64,000 nucleotides of DNA from Methanobacteriota archaeon (GCA_026394495.1 JAPKYE010000023.1:296-64295), one strand, 5' to 3'. Counted from the stretch's first letter, positions 19,659 through 28,918 are shown. Notes: a model not told the origin generated them from the letters alone. Numbers and translations: made by a program.

Positions 19659-19731
19659 GCCCCGGTAGTGTAGTGGCCTATCATGAAGCCCTGTCGAGGC
19701 TTCGACTTGGGTTCAAATCCCAGCCGGGGCG
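19659..19731 (+). tRNA. tRNA-Asp (anticodon GTC), no encoded CCA
   Basis: Cloverleaf folded by hand: acceptor GCCCCGG/CCGGGGC, anticodon stem AAGCC/GGCTT with loop CTGTCGA (GTC), T-arm TTGGG-TTCAAAT-CCCAG, discriminator G. Confidence 0.85.
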
Positions 19732-19733
19732 CT

Positions 19734-20201
19734 TCATTTTTTATCTTTATATTTCAGTTCTTTTACGAGTCGCTCGAACTCTTCATTTGTGATTTCTTCG
19801 AAGGAATAGCGAACTTTCGCAACATTAAGAGCTTCTGTTTCTTTTGTTGTTTCTTTGAGGGATTCGTTATCTTTTGCTATCTTGAGTGTTTCTGCTTTTT
19901 TTGGTTGTTGGCATTTTTGAACAATTACGTCTGCCTGTTTTTCTTCTCGTTTTATAACAACAGGTTTCGGGTGATGTTTGATGCCTTTTTTTTCAGATTT
20001 CATCCGTTTTGAAAAAAATAAAAATAAAAATCCAACGACAAAAAAGAGACACGTCCAAAAAACAATTGCAATAAACCCCGTTGCATCAATCTGTTTATTC
20101 ATGAAAAAAAATGCAACTACTACGCTAACAGCATATAACACTCCGAGTGCGAAAAAAATCGCTGAGAGAGGATACCCAACAATTCTTCGCATCGATTTCA
20201 T
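19734..20201 (-). CDS. membrane protein with a SHOCT-like C-terminal helix
   Basis: Two N-terminal TM helices, a lysine-rich linker, and a C-terminal YSFEEITNEEFERLVKELK resembling the SHOCT motif. Confidence 0.4.
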   Translation of the reverse strand: MKSMRRIVGYPLSAIFFALGVLYAVSVVVAFFFMNKQIDATGFIAIVFWTCLFFVVGFLFLFFSKRMKSEKKGIKHHPKPVVIKREEKQADVIVQKCQQPKKAETLKIAKDNESLKETTKETEALNVAKVRYSFEEITNEEFERLVKELKYKDKK

Positions 20202-20283
20202 ATGTTTTCTTCTCCCATTTACTCGTATTATCTTTTATTAATTATGAAATCCTAATAAAAGAATTATCAGAAAAAAACCCTGG

Positions 20284-20511
20284 TTATAGTTTTTTCAAAA
20301 GCTCAGCGATTTTCTCTCTTTTATCGTTCTCATCCGGAAGAGTAATTGATGATTTCCATTTCTTCGTACCATCAGGAAGATAAAACCCTCGGGAAATAGA
20401 AATAAACTCCCGATCGGTTCCTTCAGCAACTGCTTTCTTGCGAGCAACCTCGATAAAGTTGTTTTTCCCAAATTTTACTTCCTCTGCGGTAATAACCTCA
20501 AATTCAACCAT
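20284..20511 (-). CDS. PC4/p15-like ssDNA-binding domain protein (75 aa)
   Basis: MVEFEVITAEEVKFGKNNFIEVARKK...REFISISRGFYLPDGTKKWKSSITLPDENDKREKIAELL resembles the PC4 core FxxGKxRxVxV...IDIREYY.DxxG...PGKKGISL....W..L. Start taken at the internal Met. Confidence 0.45.
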   Translation of the reverse strand: MVEFEVITAEEVKFGKNNFIEVARKKAVAEGTDREFISISRGFYLPDGTKKWKSSITLPDENDKREKIAELLKKL

Positions 20512-20747
20512 TTTTCTTTTTCTCCTGTGTGTATTTTTTTTATTGGTAACGCACTGTTGATTTAATACATTTCGGAAAAAAACTTGGAGAATCACCGGAT
20601 TTGTAACGTTATCCTGCGTTTTTTTTTCCCTAGAATATACGGGTCATACTCCTGGGGTACAATACGATTATATACTTATTGTTCATTACACGAAAACAAC
20701 GACCTCATCGTATGGAGTCGAAAACAAAAAATAAGGAAGGAAATAAT

Positions 20748-20921
20748 ATGGAAAGAGAACATGGTGGGCAAGGACGGAGTTTTGACCGAGGCCCTCGAGA
20801 GATGCATAAGGCAACTTGTGCAGAATGTGGAAAAGAAACTGAAGTCCCCTTCAAACCAGATGGAAGCAAACCTGTGTACTGCAGGGATTGTTACCAGAAA
20901 CATCGTCCAAAACGATTCTAA
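20748..20921 (+). CDS. CxxC-x17-CxxC zinc-ribbon mini-protein, copy 2 (57 aa)
   Basis: MEREHGGQGRSFDRGPREMHKATCAECGKETEVPFKPDGSKPVYCRDCYQKHRPKRF*. AAGGAAGG RBS upstream. Opposite orientation to copy 1. Confidence 0.6.
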   Translation: MEREHGGQGRSFDRGPREMHKATCAECGKETEVPFKPDGSKPVYCRDCYQKHRPKRF

Positions 20922-21137
20922 TAATGGGCGATATTCTAACACATCGTGGTTTTTCTTTTTTGATTATAAAAAAGGGAAAACTCCTCTTTTTATTTTTTTT
21001 AAACGTTTTAATCATCTCTTTTTTTTCATCTCAATATTAATCCCTTCACCGATATTTTTAAGTACCACCGCTGCCCTTAATAAAGGGGTTTCTATATCCC
21101 ACTTTGAATTCCTTAGATTTCCAGGGGTAGATAAATT

Positions 21138-22142
21138 ATGAAAACACTTGATATCACCAAACTCAGACACGGAACCACGCTTGTGAAGCGAGGATTTGCA
21201 AAGATGCAGAAAGGCGGTGTCATCATGGATGTCGTCAACGCAGAACATGCACGAATCGCTGAAGAAGCAGGAGCAGTCGCAGTCATGGCACTTGAACGAG
21301 TCCCTGCAGATATACGCGCCCATGGCGGCGTCGCCCGCATGGCAGACCCCACCATCATCCAACAAATCATGGATACGGTAAGCATCCCTGTGATGGCAAA
21401 GGTTCGTATAGGTCATTTCGTCGAAGCACAAGCCCTTGAATCCCTTGGAGTAGACATGATCGATGAATCAGAAGTACTAACCCCAGCAGATCCCTTCTAC
21501 CACGTTGACAAACGACAGTTCACAATCCCTTTTGTATGCGGATGCAGAAACCTTGGCGAAGCAGTCAGACGCATATGGGAAGGAGCAGCAATGATTCGAA
21601 CCAAAGGCGAAGCAGGAACCGGAAACATCATCGAAGCAATACGACATCAACGCATGGTCACCTCTATGATTCGTCAGTTAAAAGAAATGGACAAAAACGG
21701 TCTTCAAAGACTCGCAGAAGAATACTCAATAAACTACGTGAACTCACTAAAAACACTCACCAACATCATAACAGTCGAAGACAACACCATCATATTTGAA
21801 AAATATCCCTATGGGACAGTGAAAAAAGAGATAATAGATATCCTCAAAGAAATCAAAAACATCCAGCGACTCCCTGTTGTAAACTTCGCAGCAGGCGGTA
21901 TTGCAACCCCTGCTGATGCCGCAATCATGATGCAACTTGGAAGCGACGGCGTCTTCGTCGGATCCGGCATCTTCAAATCAGAAAAACCAAAAAAAACCGC
22001 AAAAGCAATCGTCGAAGCAGTCGCAAACTACGATGACCCAAAAGTGATTGCAACAGTCAGTAAAGGCCTTGGAGACGCGATGAACGGAATCGAGATTGAA
22101 ACCATACCAAAAGAACAACTCTTACAAGAAAGAGGCTGGTAA
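21138..22142 (+). CDS. pdxS: pyridoxal 5'-phosphate synthase lyase subunit PdxS
   Basis: [34 protein letters not shown]...[36 protein letters not shown]. Carries an insertion of about 35 aa relative to bacterial PdxS. Confidence 0.9.
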   Translation: MKTLDITKLRHGTTLVKRGFAKMQKGGVIMDVVNAEHARIAEEAGAVAVMALERVPADIRAHGGVARMADPTIIQQIMDTVSIPVMAKVRIGHFVEAQALESLGVDMIDESEVLTPADPFYHVDKRQFTIPFVCGCRNLGEAVRRIWEGAAMIRTKGEAGTGNIIEAIRHQRMVTSMIRQLKEMDKNGLQRLAEEYSINYVNSLKTLTNIITVEDNTIIFEKYPYGTVKKEIIDILKEIKNIQRLPVVNFAAGGIATPADAAIMMQLGSDGVFVGSGIFKSEKPKKTAKAIVEAVANYDDPKVIATVSKGLGDAMNGIEIETIPKEQLLQERGW

Positions 22143-22738
22143 TAATCGTCTGCGTTGGCATATTATCAATCCAAGGAGCAGTCTCAGAACATTTCGATGC
22201 AATGATGCGTTTTTTTAAAGAAACTAAGACCAAAGGATCTGTTAACCTTATCCGACAGAAACCAGACCTTGACAAGGTTGATGCGCTCATTATTCCAGGT
22301 GGAGAAAGCACGACGATATCCCGGACATTGGTTCGTTCTGGGCTTTTTGAAACTATCCGCAACCGCATTAGCGATGATACTCTTGCTATCATGGGAACGT
22401 GCGCTGGCTGTGTACTGCTTGCAAAAACTATTACTGATACTACAAAAGAACGTGTCACTTCTCTAGAGGCGATGGATATCGAAGTACAACGAAACGCGTT
22501 CGGCCGACAAAAAGAATCATTCGAACACACACTAAATTTTCATGGATTCTCAAATCCATATACTGCCGTTTTTATCCGTGCACCAGTGATCACAAAAGTA
22601 GGAAGAGACTGCGAAGTCCTTGCAAAATTCGATAAAAAAATTGTGGCGGCTAGGCAACATCGTTTCCTAGCCTTATCGTTTCACCCTGAGCTCACAACGG
22701 ATCTTCGGGTGCACGAGTATTTTTTAGAGATGATTTAA
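22142..22738 (+). CDS. pdxT: PLP synthase glutaminase subunit PdxT (start codon unresolved)
   Basis: The conserved N-terminus [18 protein letters not shown] is in frame from 22142, and the catalytic MGTCAGCVLL is present. No ATG, GTG or TTG occurs between the in-frame TGA at 22097-22099 and 22202. Confidence 0.7.
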   Translation: MIVCVGILSIQGAVSEHFDAMMRFFKETKTKGSVNLIRQKPDLDKVDALIIPGGESTTISRTLVRSGLFETIRNRISDDTLAIMGTCAGCVLLAKTITDTTKERVTSLEAMDIEVQRNAFGRQKESFEHTLNFHGFSNPYTAVFIRAPVITKVGRDCEVLAKFDKKIVAARQHRFLALSFHPELTTDLRVHEYFLEMI

Positions 22739-23052
22739 GCTTTCATGATCGCCAAAAGGAATATCCCTAAGGCAATTAAGGCGCCAATGATCGCACCGAT
22801 CACCGCAACGATACCGTTGACGATTGAACCGGCGAAGTCGATGATGCCTGGTGGTGTCCCAAGGAACCCTAATAGTCCAGATCCCCAGAGGAATATGACA
22901 CCGACTAAAAGCCCGATGATGACCAGGATTGCACCTACGATCCTACTTTTTCCTGATCCAAAGTATGCGGTGAAAATCCCTGCGATGATGCTTGCTATTG
23001 CGAAGACCAAGGTTAGCATGCTTAAAAAATATTGTGGTAGTCCTACTTCCAT
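22735..23052 (-). CDS. small Gly-rich membrane protein
   Basis: 105 aa, three hydrophobic helices with GxxxG-type repeats. Confidence 0.4.
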   Translation of the reverse strand: MEVGLPQYFLSMLTLVFAIASIIAGIFTAYFGSGKSRIVGAILVIIGLLVGVIFLWGSGLLGFLGTPPGIIDFAGSIVNGIVAVIGAIIGALIALGIFLLAIMKA

Positions 23053-23067
23053 TTTCTTTTCACCTCC

Positions 23068-23301
23068 TTAAAATTTTGTCCCGGTTAAGGTTTTCGTATC
23101 AATCACACCGGGTATTGATCGGATTTTATTGACAACAATGTCCCCAAGTTTCTCGAAATCTTCTGCTTCGATTTTCGCTATCAGATCATACTCCCCAAAT
23201 AATGGATGAAGTTCAATGATCTGTGGGACTTTTGATAGTTTATTGTAGACTTCATGCTCATGTGCAGGAGCAGCACTTATTAATACAAATCCTATAGCCA
23301 T
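23068..23301 (-). CDS. stand-alone Lrp/AsnC C-terminal (RAM) ligand-binding domain protein
   Basis: 77 aa; GFVLISAAPAHEHEVYNKLSKVPQIIELHPLFGEYDLIAKIEAEDFEKLGDIV matches the RAM-domain fold pattern. Confidence 0.5.
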   Translation of the reverse strand: MAIGFVLISAAPAHEHEVYNKLSKVPQIIELHPLFGEYDLIAKIEAEDFEKLGDIVVNKIRSIPGVIDTKTLTGTKF

Positions 23302-23376
23302 CGATAATCTACCTCTTGTGCCTGTTATATCTTTATATCATATAAACTTTATCAAAAAAAACATCACAGAACAATC

Positions 23377-24078
23377 TCAGTTTTTCCTCTCGTACTGTGG
23401 TTTTTTTATGAGATAAAGAACAATTGGTCCACCGATGATGTAACAAGCAACAGCAAAAAGTAGAATAAATGGAGCGACCCCTGTATAAAGACCACCGAGA
23501 CCTATTGCTGCAAAAATAATTAATGTTGCGAAAACGTTAAGTGATAACGATGGTTTTGGGAAACGAATCGAAGACACCATCAATAACGAGAGAATAAAAA
23601 TAAGAGCGATACAGAGGATGCTGTCAAAATGAACAAACGCGACAACAAGAATCACAATAGTGCTAGCCGAGGCGGGTAATCCAACAAAAAACGCATCATC
23701 TTTCAGGGCATGAAATGACCCAAGGCGAACTACACTTGAAACAAAAAACAATATGAGGATGCCGAAAAGAAGAAAGAGATATTGTCCTACGGATGACTGG
23801 TATGTTACAAACACAAATGCTGCCGGGGCGATAGAAAGCGTAGTAAGATCTGCCATAGGTTCAAGATATTCCCCGAGTTTTCCTTTCCCCCGTCTCCTGG
23901 CAACAACACCATCAAGACCATCAGCTAACAACCCAAGAAGAATAAGTGAAAACGAAACCCAAAATAAACCTATGAAAAGGAAGAGAATCGCAGTAAAACC
24001 AAATAGTGCATTACAGATGGTAATCCCATCTGCCACCGTCACATGTTTAATCATTGAATTTTGCAATGGTTGTTTCAC
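23377..24078 (-). CDS. pssA: CDP-alcohol phosphatidyltransferase (archaetidylserine synthase-like)
   Basis: DGLDGVVARRRGKGKLGEYLEPMAD fits DGx2ARx8Gx3Dx3D. Polytopic. Overlaps psd by 32 nt. Confidence 0.7.
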   Translation of the reverse strand: MKQPLQNSMIKHVTVADGITICNALFGFTAILFLFIGLFWVSFSLILLGLLADGLDGVVARRRGKGKLGEYLEPMADLTTLSIAPAAFVFVTYQSSVGQYLFLLFGILILFFVSSVVRLGSFHALKDDAFFVGLPASASTIVILVVAFVHFDSILCIALIFILSLLMVSSIRFPKPSLSLNVFATLIIFAAIGLGGLYTGVAPFILLFAVACYIIGGPIVLYLIKKPQYERKN

Positions 24079-24694
24079 CTGCCTTCACACGCGCTCCTTT
24101 GGTAATCGTTACCTGTTTAAGTGTTTTTGTTGGAAGATACACATCAACCCGGGAACCAAGTCGTATAAGCCCTATTTTATCGCCCTTTTTTAGCATATCT
24201 CCCTTGTTGATGTAGGGGACGATCCGACGCGCTAATGTCCCTGCGATCTGAATAATTTTCACTGTACCAATCATTGTATCCAACAGAATGATGACCCGCT
24301 CATTTTTTTCAGATTCTTTCCTAAAAGCAGGGAGATGCGCACCAGGATGATGAATAATCTCTGTTATACATCCATCAAACGGCATGCGGTTCACATGAAC
24401 ATGGTACAGATTCATGAATGTTGAAATCTTTGTGCAATCTCCAACATCACCATCATCTTTTGTAATTATTTCTCGAATGATACCATCTGCTACCGCAACA
24501 ATACCGTCTCCAATGATTCGATTTGGATCCCTAAAAAAGATAAGGAAAAGACACGAAATCAACAACATCACAAATAAAAGAAAAAAAAAGACGAATCGCA
24601 ACTCACCTGCTACTACAACAGTAAAAATACAAAAGAGCCCAGTAACGAGAAATGAACCCGCAATCCACGACAAACCTCCTTTAGCTATGTGCAT
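24047..24694 (-). CDS. psd: archaetidylserine (phosphatidylserine) decarboxylase proenzyme
   Basis: Small archaeal/Bacillus-type PSD: N-terminal TM, then FMNLYHVHVNRMP...GDKIGLIRLGSRVDVYLP with the LGS-type self-cleavage site. Confidence 0.8.
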   Translation of the reverse strand: MHIAKGGLSWIAGSFLVTGLFCIFTVVVAGELRFVFFFLLFVMLLISCLFLIFFRDPNRIIGDGIVAVADGIIREIITKDDGDVGDCTKISTFMNLYHVHVNRMPFDGCITEIIHHPGAHLPAFRKESEKNERVIILLDTMIGTVKIIQIAGTLARRIVPYINKGDMLKKGDKIGLIRLGSRVDVYLPTKTLKQVTITKGARVKAGETTIAKFND

Positions 24695-25691
24695 CGTTTT
24701 TTTTCCCCAGAAGTGATGAAAAAAGGTTTTCTAGTGGTCCTTTTCGTTTCCACAAATTGGTGATACCAAACAGCTCATCAGAAAGCTCTGGAACAATTTT
24801 GAAGTTAATGAACAATAAAATAATAAGTGCGACAAGCGACAACAACTTAAAAATCACATTATGCGCAAGTTCAAACGACGTAATCTGTTCACCCACAAGA
24901 AAAATAACACCTGCATTCCGCAGCAAGTTAAGCAGATAAACAGGGATAACGGTTACAGCTATTGCTAGAAACCTTTTTTTTATTGTTGCCTTGTGAACAG
25001 CAGCATTCATTCCCACAAACAACACCATAGATTGAATAGCAGTACACGCAAATATAATCGTAACCGGTGCATTTTTAAAGACAATACTTGGCCCATCTTG
25101 GTGTGTTTGTAACCCAAAAAGCTGAAGCATCGCATTACTCTGTACCGCTACAACTTCGATCAACCAGTTTTTCAACTCAGGGATAATCCCGGTGTCTATC
25201 GTGAAATAGATTATCCCTGCAAGAAACGTACCACCTGCGATCCAGTTCAAACATGAGACAGCCTCATTACGTTTCAACGATAACCATTCCTGATACCCCA
25301 TATATGTTAAAAAATACACGCCGATACCACAAACAACTCCGTTAAACAGATCGTCACTTGGACCGTACAACTGCATCGGTTGAAGCGCCCAAAAGAATGC
25401 AAAAACCCCCCAGCCGAACATCTTAATTTTTCTGCCCATCGCCAGGTTTTTTTTTATGAAAAACCCTATGCCGAGAAGAATCAACCCAAGAAACAACGGA
25501 ATATAACTTATCTGCTGAAAAAGTAAAGACGCAGGATATGGATTAAAAACGTATCCTATAATAAGCATAATGGTTGGTATTAAAAAAAAGAAAAAAACCG
25601 TGATGTGATCGTTTTGTTTTCGTTCAGAATTCATTTTCATGGAAAACCGTTTCCGTAAACCGAGATGTGATTTAAGAGAGTTATGGAACAT
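24681..25691 (-). CDS. exosortase/archaeosortase-family membrane protein (candidate)
   Basis: 336 aa, about 8 TM helices. Candidate active-site Cys in FACTAIQSMV (compare ACSGIRS) and Arg in LLNLLRNAGVIFL. Confidence 0.4.
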   Translation of the reverse strand: MFHNSLKSHLGLRKRFSMKMNSERKQNDHITVFFFFLIPTIMLIIGYVFNPYPASLLFQQISYIPLFLGLILLGIGFFIKKNLAMGRKIKMFGWGVFAFFWALQPMQLYGPSDDLFNGVVCGIGVYFLTYMGYQEWLSLKRNEAVSCLNWIAGGTFLAGIIYFTIDTGIIPELKNWLIEVVAVQSNAMLQLFGLQTHQDGPSIVFKNAPVTIIFACTAIQSMVLFVGMNAAVHKATIKKRFLAIAVTVIPVYLLNLLRNAGVIFLVGEQITSFELAHNVIFKLLSLVALIILLFINFKIVPELSDELFGITNLWKRKGPLENLFSSLLGKKNDAHS

Positions 25692-25967
25692 TTGATTTGG
25701 TTTCTAGATGAGTCCCAGCATCTGCACAACTGATATTAAACCAAACTGCGTCATTAACCATCTATCCCACATCATACAAATCAACCCAACCAGACCCAAT
25801 AATGTAAGCGAAACCCAATAGGTGTATATGATTTGGTGCGATAGATCCGTTGATTACCCGTATGAACGCGAGTACGAAGCAGATTAAAAGCAAAATAAAA
25901 ACAGTCAAATACCATGTAAGCGGCTCGATCATTCTGCAATCCTTTGCACCCACCTAGGAAAATTTCT

Positions 25968-25996
25968 ACAAATGTTGGCCCCCCACCCCCTCCCCC
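25968..25996 (+). other. C-rich tract (C6AC5TC5) followed by ATACATTTA; one member of a recurring C-rich/ATATA motif
   Basis: ggccccccaccccctcccccatacattta. Related copies at 9771-9790, 50266-50292 and 59203-59228. Confidence 0.3.
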
Positions 25997-26034
25997 ATAC
26001 ATTTATTAACTCTATAATATATTAGTGTTCTGGT

Positions 26035-27477
26035 TTGATTGACATGACCAAAAATCACTACAAAACAATACTTGTTTTTCTTATAATTGGATTCTTACTA
26101 GAAACATCCATAACACCACCAATTTCTGCAACACAGAGAACCGATACCATATCTGCATTATCTTCACTAAACACGAAGGAACAACCCAATGAAAACACGT
26201 TATACAACCTACTCATCATCACCCCGCAAACGTTTGCCTCTGAACTCTGTCCACTTGTTTGTCATAAAAACAAACACGGGATAAAAACAAAACTTGTCAC
26301 CCTTGAACAAGTCTACACCCAAGAGTATTGGCAGGGACGAGACAAACCAGAAAAAATAAAATACTTCATAAAAGACGCAGTAGACCACCTTGGAATACAA
26401 TACGTGCTCCTCGTAGGAAGCTATCGCTATTTCCCAATCAGATACTGCTACAACGCAGACAACAACACCGGCTACCCCGAACCCAGATTTATCTCAGAGT
26501 TATACTATGCAGATCTCTACGACAAAAACGGAAATTTCTCCAGCTGGGATACTAATGGAAACGGCGTCTACGGAGAATGGTTCACCAATCATGCTGAGGA
26601 TCCAGACATTGATTTATACCCTGATGTCGCCGTTGGAAGACTCGCCTGCAGAAACAGTCAAGAAGTAAAAATCATGGTCGATAAAATCATCACCTACGAG
26701 ACACAAACCTATAACAGTAACTGGTTCAAAAAAATCGTTGTCGCCGCAGGAGACACCTACCCTGCATCTCAAAACCCAAACTGGACGGGAAATGAAGGCG
26801 AAGAAAACACGTTACATGTGCTTGAGAACATGACAGATTTTCAATCAGTGAAACTCTGGGCGTCTGATGGAACTCTAACAGGGACAAACGATGTGATTAA
26901 CGCAATTAGTAATGGCTGCGGGTTTCTGTATTTTGACGGACATGCAAACCCATACCGCTGGAGTACCCATCCACCAAATGATGCTGCCACATGGATTGAA
27001 GGATTATCAGTCATATCCATGTCTCGGCTGAAAAATAAGGATATGTACCCGGTTTGTGTCGTCGGAGGATGTCACAACCTTGAGTTTGATGTAAACTTCG
27101 CAAAACTAAAGACTGATCCCTGGTACTACTACACCTGGATCACCGAATGCTGGGGGTGGAAACTCACCCGTAAAATCAACGGCGGATCCATAGCAACCAT
27201 CGGCTGCACCGGCCTAGGGATGACAAAAGAAGACAAAAAATCATTTAGCGGCGCAGGGGACTATCTTGAACCTACGTTTTTCTATGAATACGGGGTGAAC
27301 AACACCCATATCCTTGGCGACATCTGGAAAAACACGATCACAGATTATCTCAAACAATATCCCATAGATTGGAATACATCTGCAGCAGGGGATTTTGCTA
27401 TTGATGCAAAAACCGTACAACAATGGGCGCTACTTGGAGACCCAAGTCTACTAATCGGTGGATACCCCAACGTCTGA
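26035..27477 (+). CDS. secreted clan-CD cysteine peptidase, family C25 (gingipain-like), catalytic domain only
   Basis: Signal peptide. Gingipain N-terminal region LLIITPQTFASELCPLVCHKNKHGIKTKLVTLEQVY...IKYFIKDAVDHLGIQYVLLVGS. YADLYDKNGNFSSWDTNGNG...DLYPDVAVGRL. Catalytic His in YFDGHANP and Cys in VCVVGGCHN. Ends LLGDPSL. Confidence 0.7.
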   Translation: MIDMTKNHYKTILVFLIIGFLLETSITPPISATQRTDTISALSSLNTKEQPNENTLYNLLIITPQTFASELCPLVCHKNKHGIKTKLVTLEQVYTQEYWQGRDKPEKIKYFIKDAVDHLGIQYVLLVGSYRYFPIRYCYNADNNTGYPEPRFISELYYADLYDKNGNFSSWDTNGNGVYGEWFTNHAEDPDIDLYPDVAVGRLACRNSQEVKIMVDKIITYETQTYNSNWFKKIVVAAGDTYPASQNPNWTGNEGEENTLHVLENMTDFQSVKLWASDGTLTGTNDVINAISNGCGFLYFDGHANPYRWSTHPPNDAATWIEGLSVISMSRLKNKDMYPVCVVGGCHNLEFDVNFAKLKTDPWYYYTWITECWGWKLTRKINGGSIATIGCTGLGMTKEDKKSFSGAGDYLEPTFFYEYGVNNTHILGDIWKNTITDYLKQYPIDWNTSAAGDFAIDAKTVQQWALLGDPSLLIGGYPNV

Positions 27478-27592
27478 ACAAGTATTCATTCAAGAAACAC
27501 AATTTTTTTCTCTTTTTATACAACAGATTACGGATATTGTTTCATCAAAACTAATAAAGACCCTTTGGATTCTCATGTACGGGGACGTACAA

Positions 27593-28255
27593 ATGAATGT
27601 GAAACTCATTGGTTATACACCAAATCCTGAAAAAATCCCTGCGATGGCAGCAAAACTTACCCATAGCAACGCAAAACCAGAGGAACTTGAGAACACCTCA
27701 GATAAAGAGCTGCAGGCTATCCTTAAACAGGTAACAGAGTTTGGACATTCCAGCGTAATTGAACACACAAATTTTACTTTTGCAATAAGTGATGTAAGCA
27801 GATCATTAACCCATCAGCTTGTCCGTCATCGGATCGCTAGTTACTCTCAGCAGAGCCAACGATATGTGAATCTTAAGAAACCTTCGTATGTGATTCCATC
27901 AACGATTGCAAAAAACAAAGAACTGAAAAAAACGTATGAACAAACAATGAATCATATCTGGGATGAATACAACAAGTTTCTAAAACTGAAAATTCCTGCA
28001 GAAGATGCGCGATACCTGCTCCCCAATGCCACTTGTACTAACATTCTTGTTACGATGAATGCACGGTCACTCCTCAACTTTTTTGAGTTGCGATGCTGCC
28101 AGCATGCCCAATGGGAGATCCGAGAACTCGCACAAAAAATGCTCTCTTTAGTAAAAAAAGTTGCTCCCACGATTTTCATGCACGCAGGTCCTGCCTGTAA
28201 AACCAGACAGATTTGCCCTGAAAAAAAGACGGACTGCCCCATGTACCCTAAGTGA
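27593..28255 (+). CDS. thyX: FAD-dependent thymidylate synthase ThyX
   Basis: ThyX signature RHRIASYSQQSQRY; start placed at MNVKLIGY because a GGGGA RBS lies upstream. Confidence 0.85.
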   Translation: MNVKLIGYTPNPEKIPAMAAKLTHSNAKPEELENTSDKELQAILKQVTEFGHSSVIEHTNFTFAISDVSRSLTHQLVRHRIASYSQQSQRYVNLKKPSYVIPSTIAKNKELKKTYEQTMNHIWDEYNKFLKLKIPAEDARYLLPNATCTNILVTMNARSLLNFFELRCCQHAQWEIRELAQKMLSLVKKVAPTIFMHAGPACKTRQICPEKKTDCPMYPK

Positions 28256-28258
28256 GTA

Positions 28259-28918
28259 ATGATGAGACGACCGTATGTGATTGTGAACTGTGCGATGTCT
28301 GCTGATGGAAAGACTGCGCTTCCCTCGAGGAAACAACTGCGGATATCCTGCGATGAAGACATAAAACGCATGTACGAACTACGCAATGACTGCGACGCGG
28401 TTCTTGTTGGGATTGAAACAGTTCTTTCAGATGACCCGAAACTTACTGTTAAGGAAACATATGTAAAAAATCCAAGGCAACCATTACGAGTTATTCTTGA
28501 TGGTTGTAATAGAACACCTGTTTCTGCTCAGGTATTAAACACTACAACAAAAACCTTGATTATTGTTGCAAAGGGAGCGGAAAAACAGTTTGACGATAGT
28601 CACATTGAGGTTGCAGGTTGTGATGTCGATACTAACGGATATCTTGATCTCCAAAGCGTTCTTGAGTTGCTGTCTAAACGTGGTGTAAAAAAACTGCTTG
28701 TAGAAGGCGGCGGCACCATAATCTGGAGTTTTTTGAGCCAGAAACTGGTTGATGAGCTATTCGTCTACATTGGACCATGCATCATTGGAGGAAAAGATAC
28801 ACCGACGATGGCAGGTGGAAAAGGCATCACAGATGAAAACGAAATGATATCATTGAATCTATCTTCTGTAAAAAAAATTGGTCCTGGTGTTTTACTTCAC
28901 TACAAAACGAGACCATGA
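28259..28918 (+). CDS. RibD C-terminal domain reductase (2,5-diamino-6-ribosylamino-pyrimidinone 5'-phosphate reductase / DHFR-like fold)
   Basis: PYVIVNCAMSADGK...LLVEGGGTIIWSF; 219 aa. Overlaps neighbouring genes by 4 nt on each side. Confidence 0.7.
   Translation: MMRRPYVIVNCAMSADGKTALPSRKQLRISCDEDIKRMYELRNDCDAVLVGIETVLSDDPKLTVKETYVKNPRQPLRVILDGCNRTPVSAQVLNTTTKTLIIVAKGAEKQFDDSHIEVAGCDVDTNGYLDLQSVLELLSKRGVKKLLVEGGGTIIWSFLSQKLVDELFVYIGPCIIGGKDTPTMAGGKGITDENEMISLNLSSVKKIGPGVLLHYKTRP

Noticed and set aside
19683-20012. 109-aa ORF overlapping tRNA-Asp and antisense to the SHOCT-like membrane protein gene
   Set aside because: It starts inside the tRNA gene and is Phe/Cys-rich low complexity. 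The minus-strand 155-aa membrane protein is preferred.
20584-21141. 185-aa ORF and the antisense 1192-1419 75-aa ORF, both containing the shared CIRQLVQNVEKKLKSPSNQMEA segment
   Set aside because: These are alternative-frame and antisense translations of the duplicated zinc-ribbon gene DNA. The real product is the 55-57-aa CxxC-x17-CxxC protein with RBS and TATA box.
25781-26002. ORFs beginning MYGGGGGGPTF (25781-26002) and MKRVYGGGGGGVKH (59000-59236) on the minus strand
   Set aside because: The poly-Gly N-termini arise from translating the G-rich motif. There is no conservation or domain. They are probably noncoding, and the motif is reported as a regulatory candidate instead.
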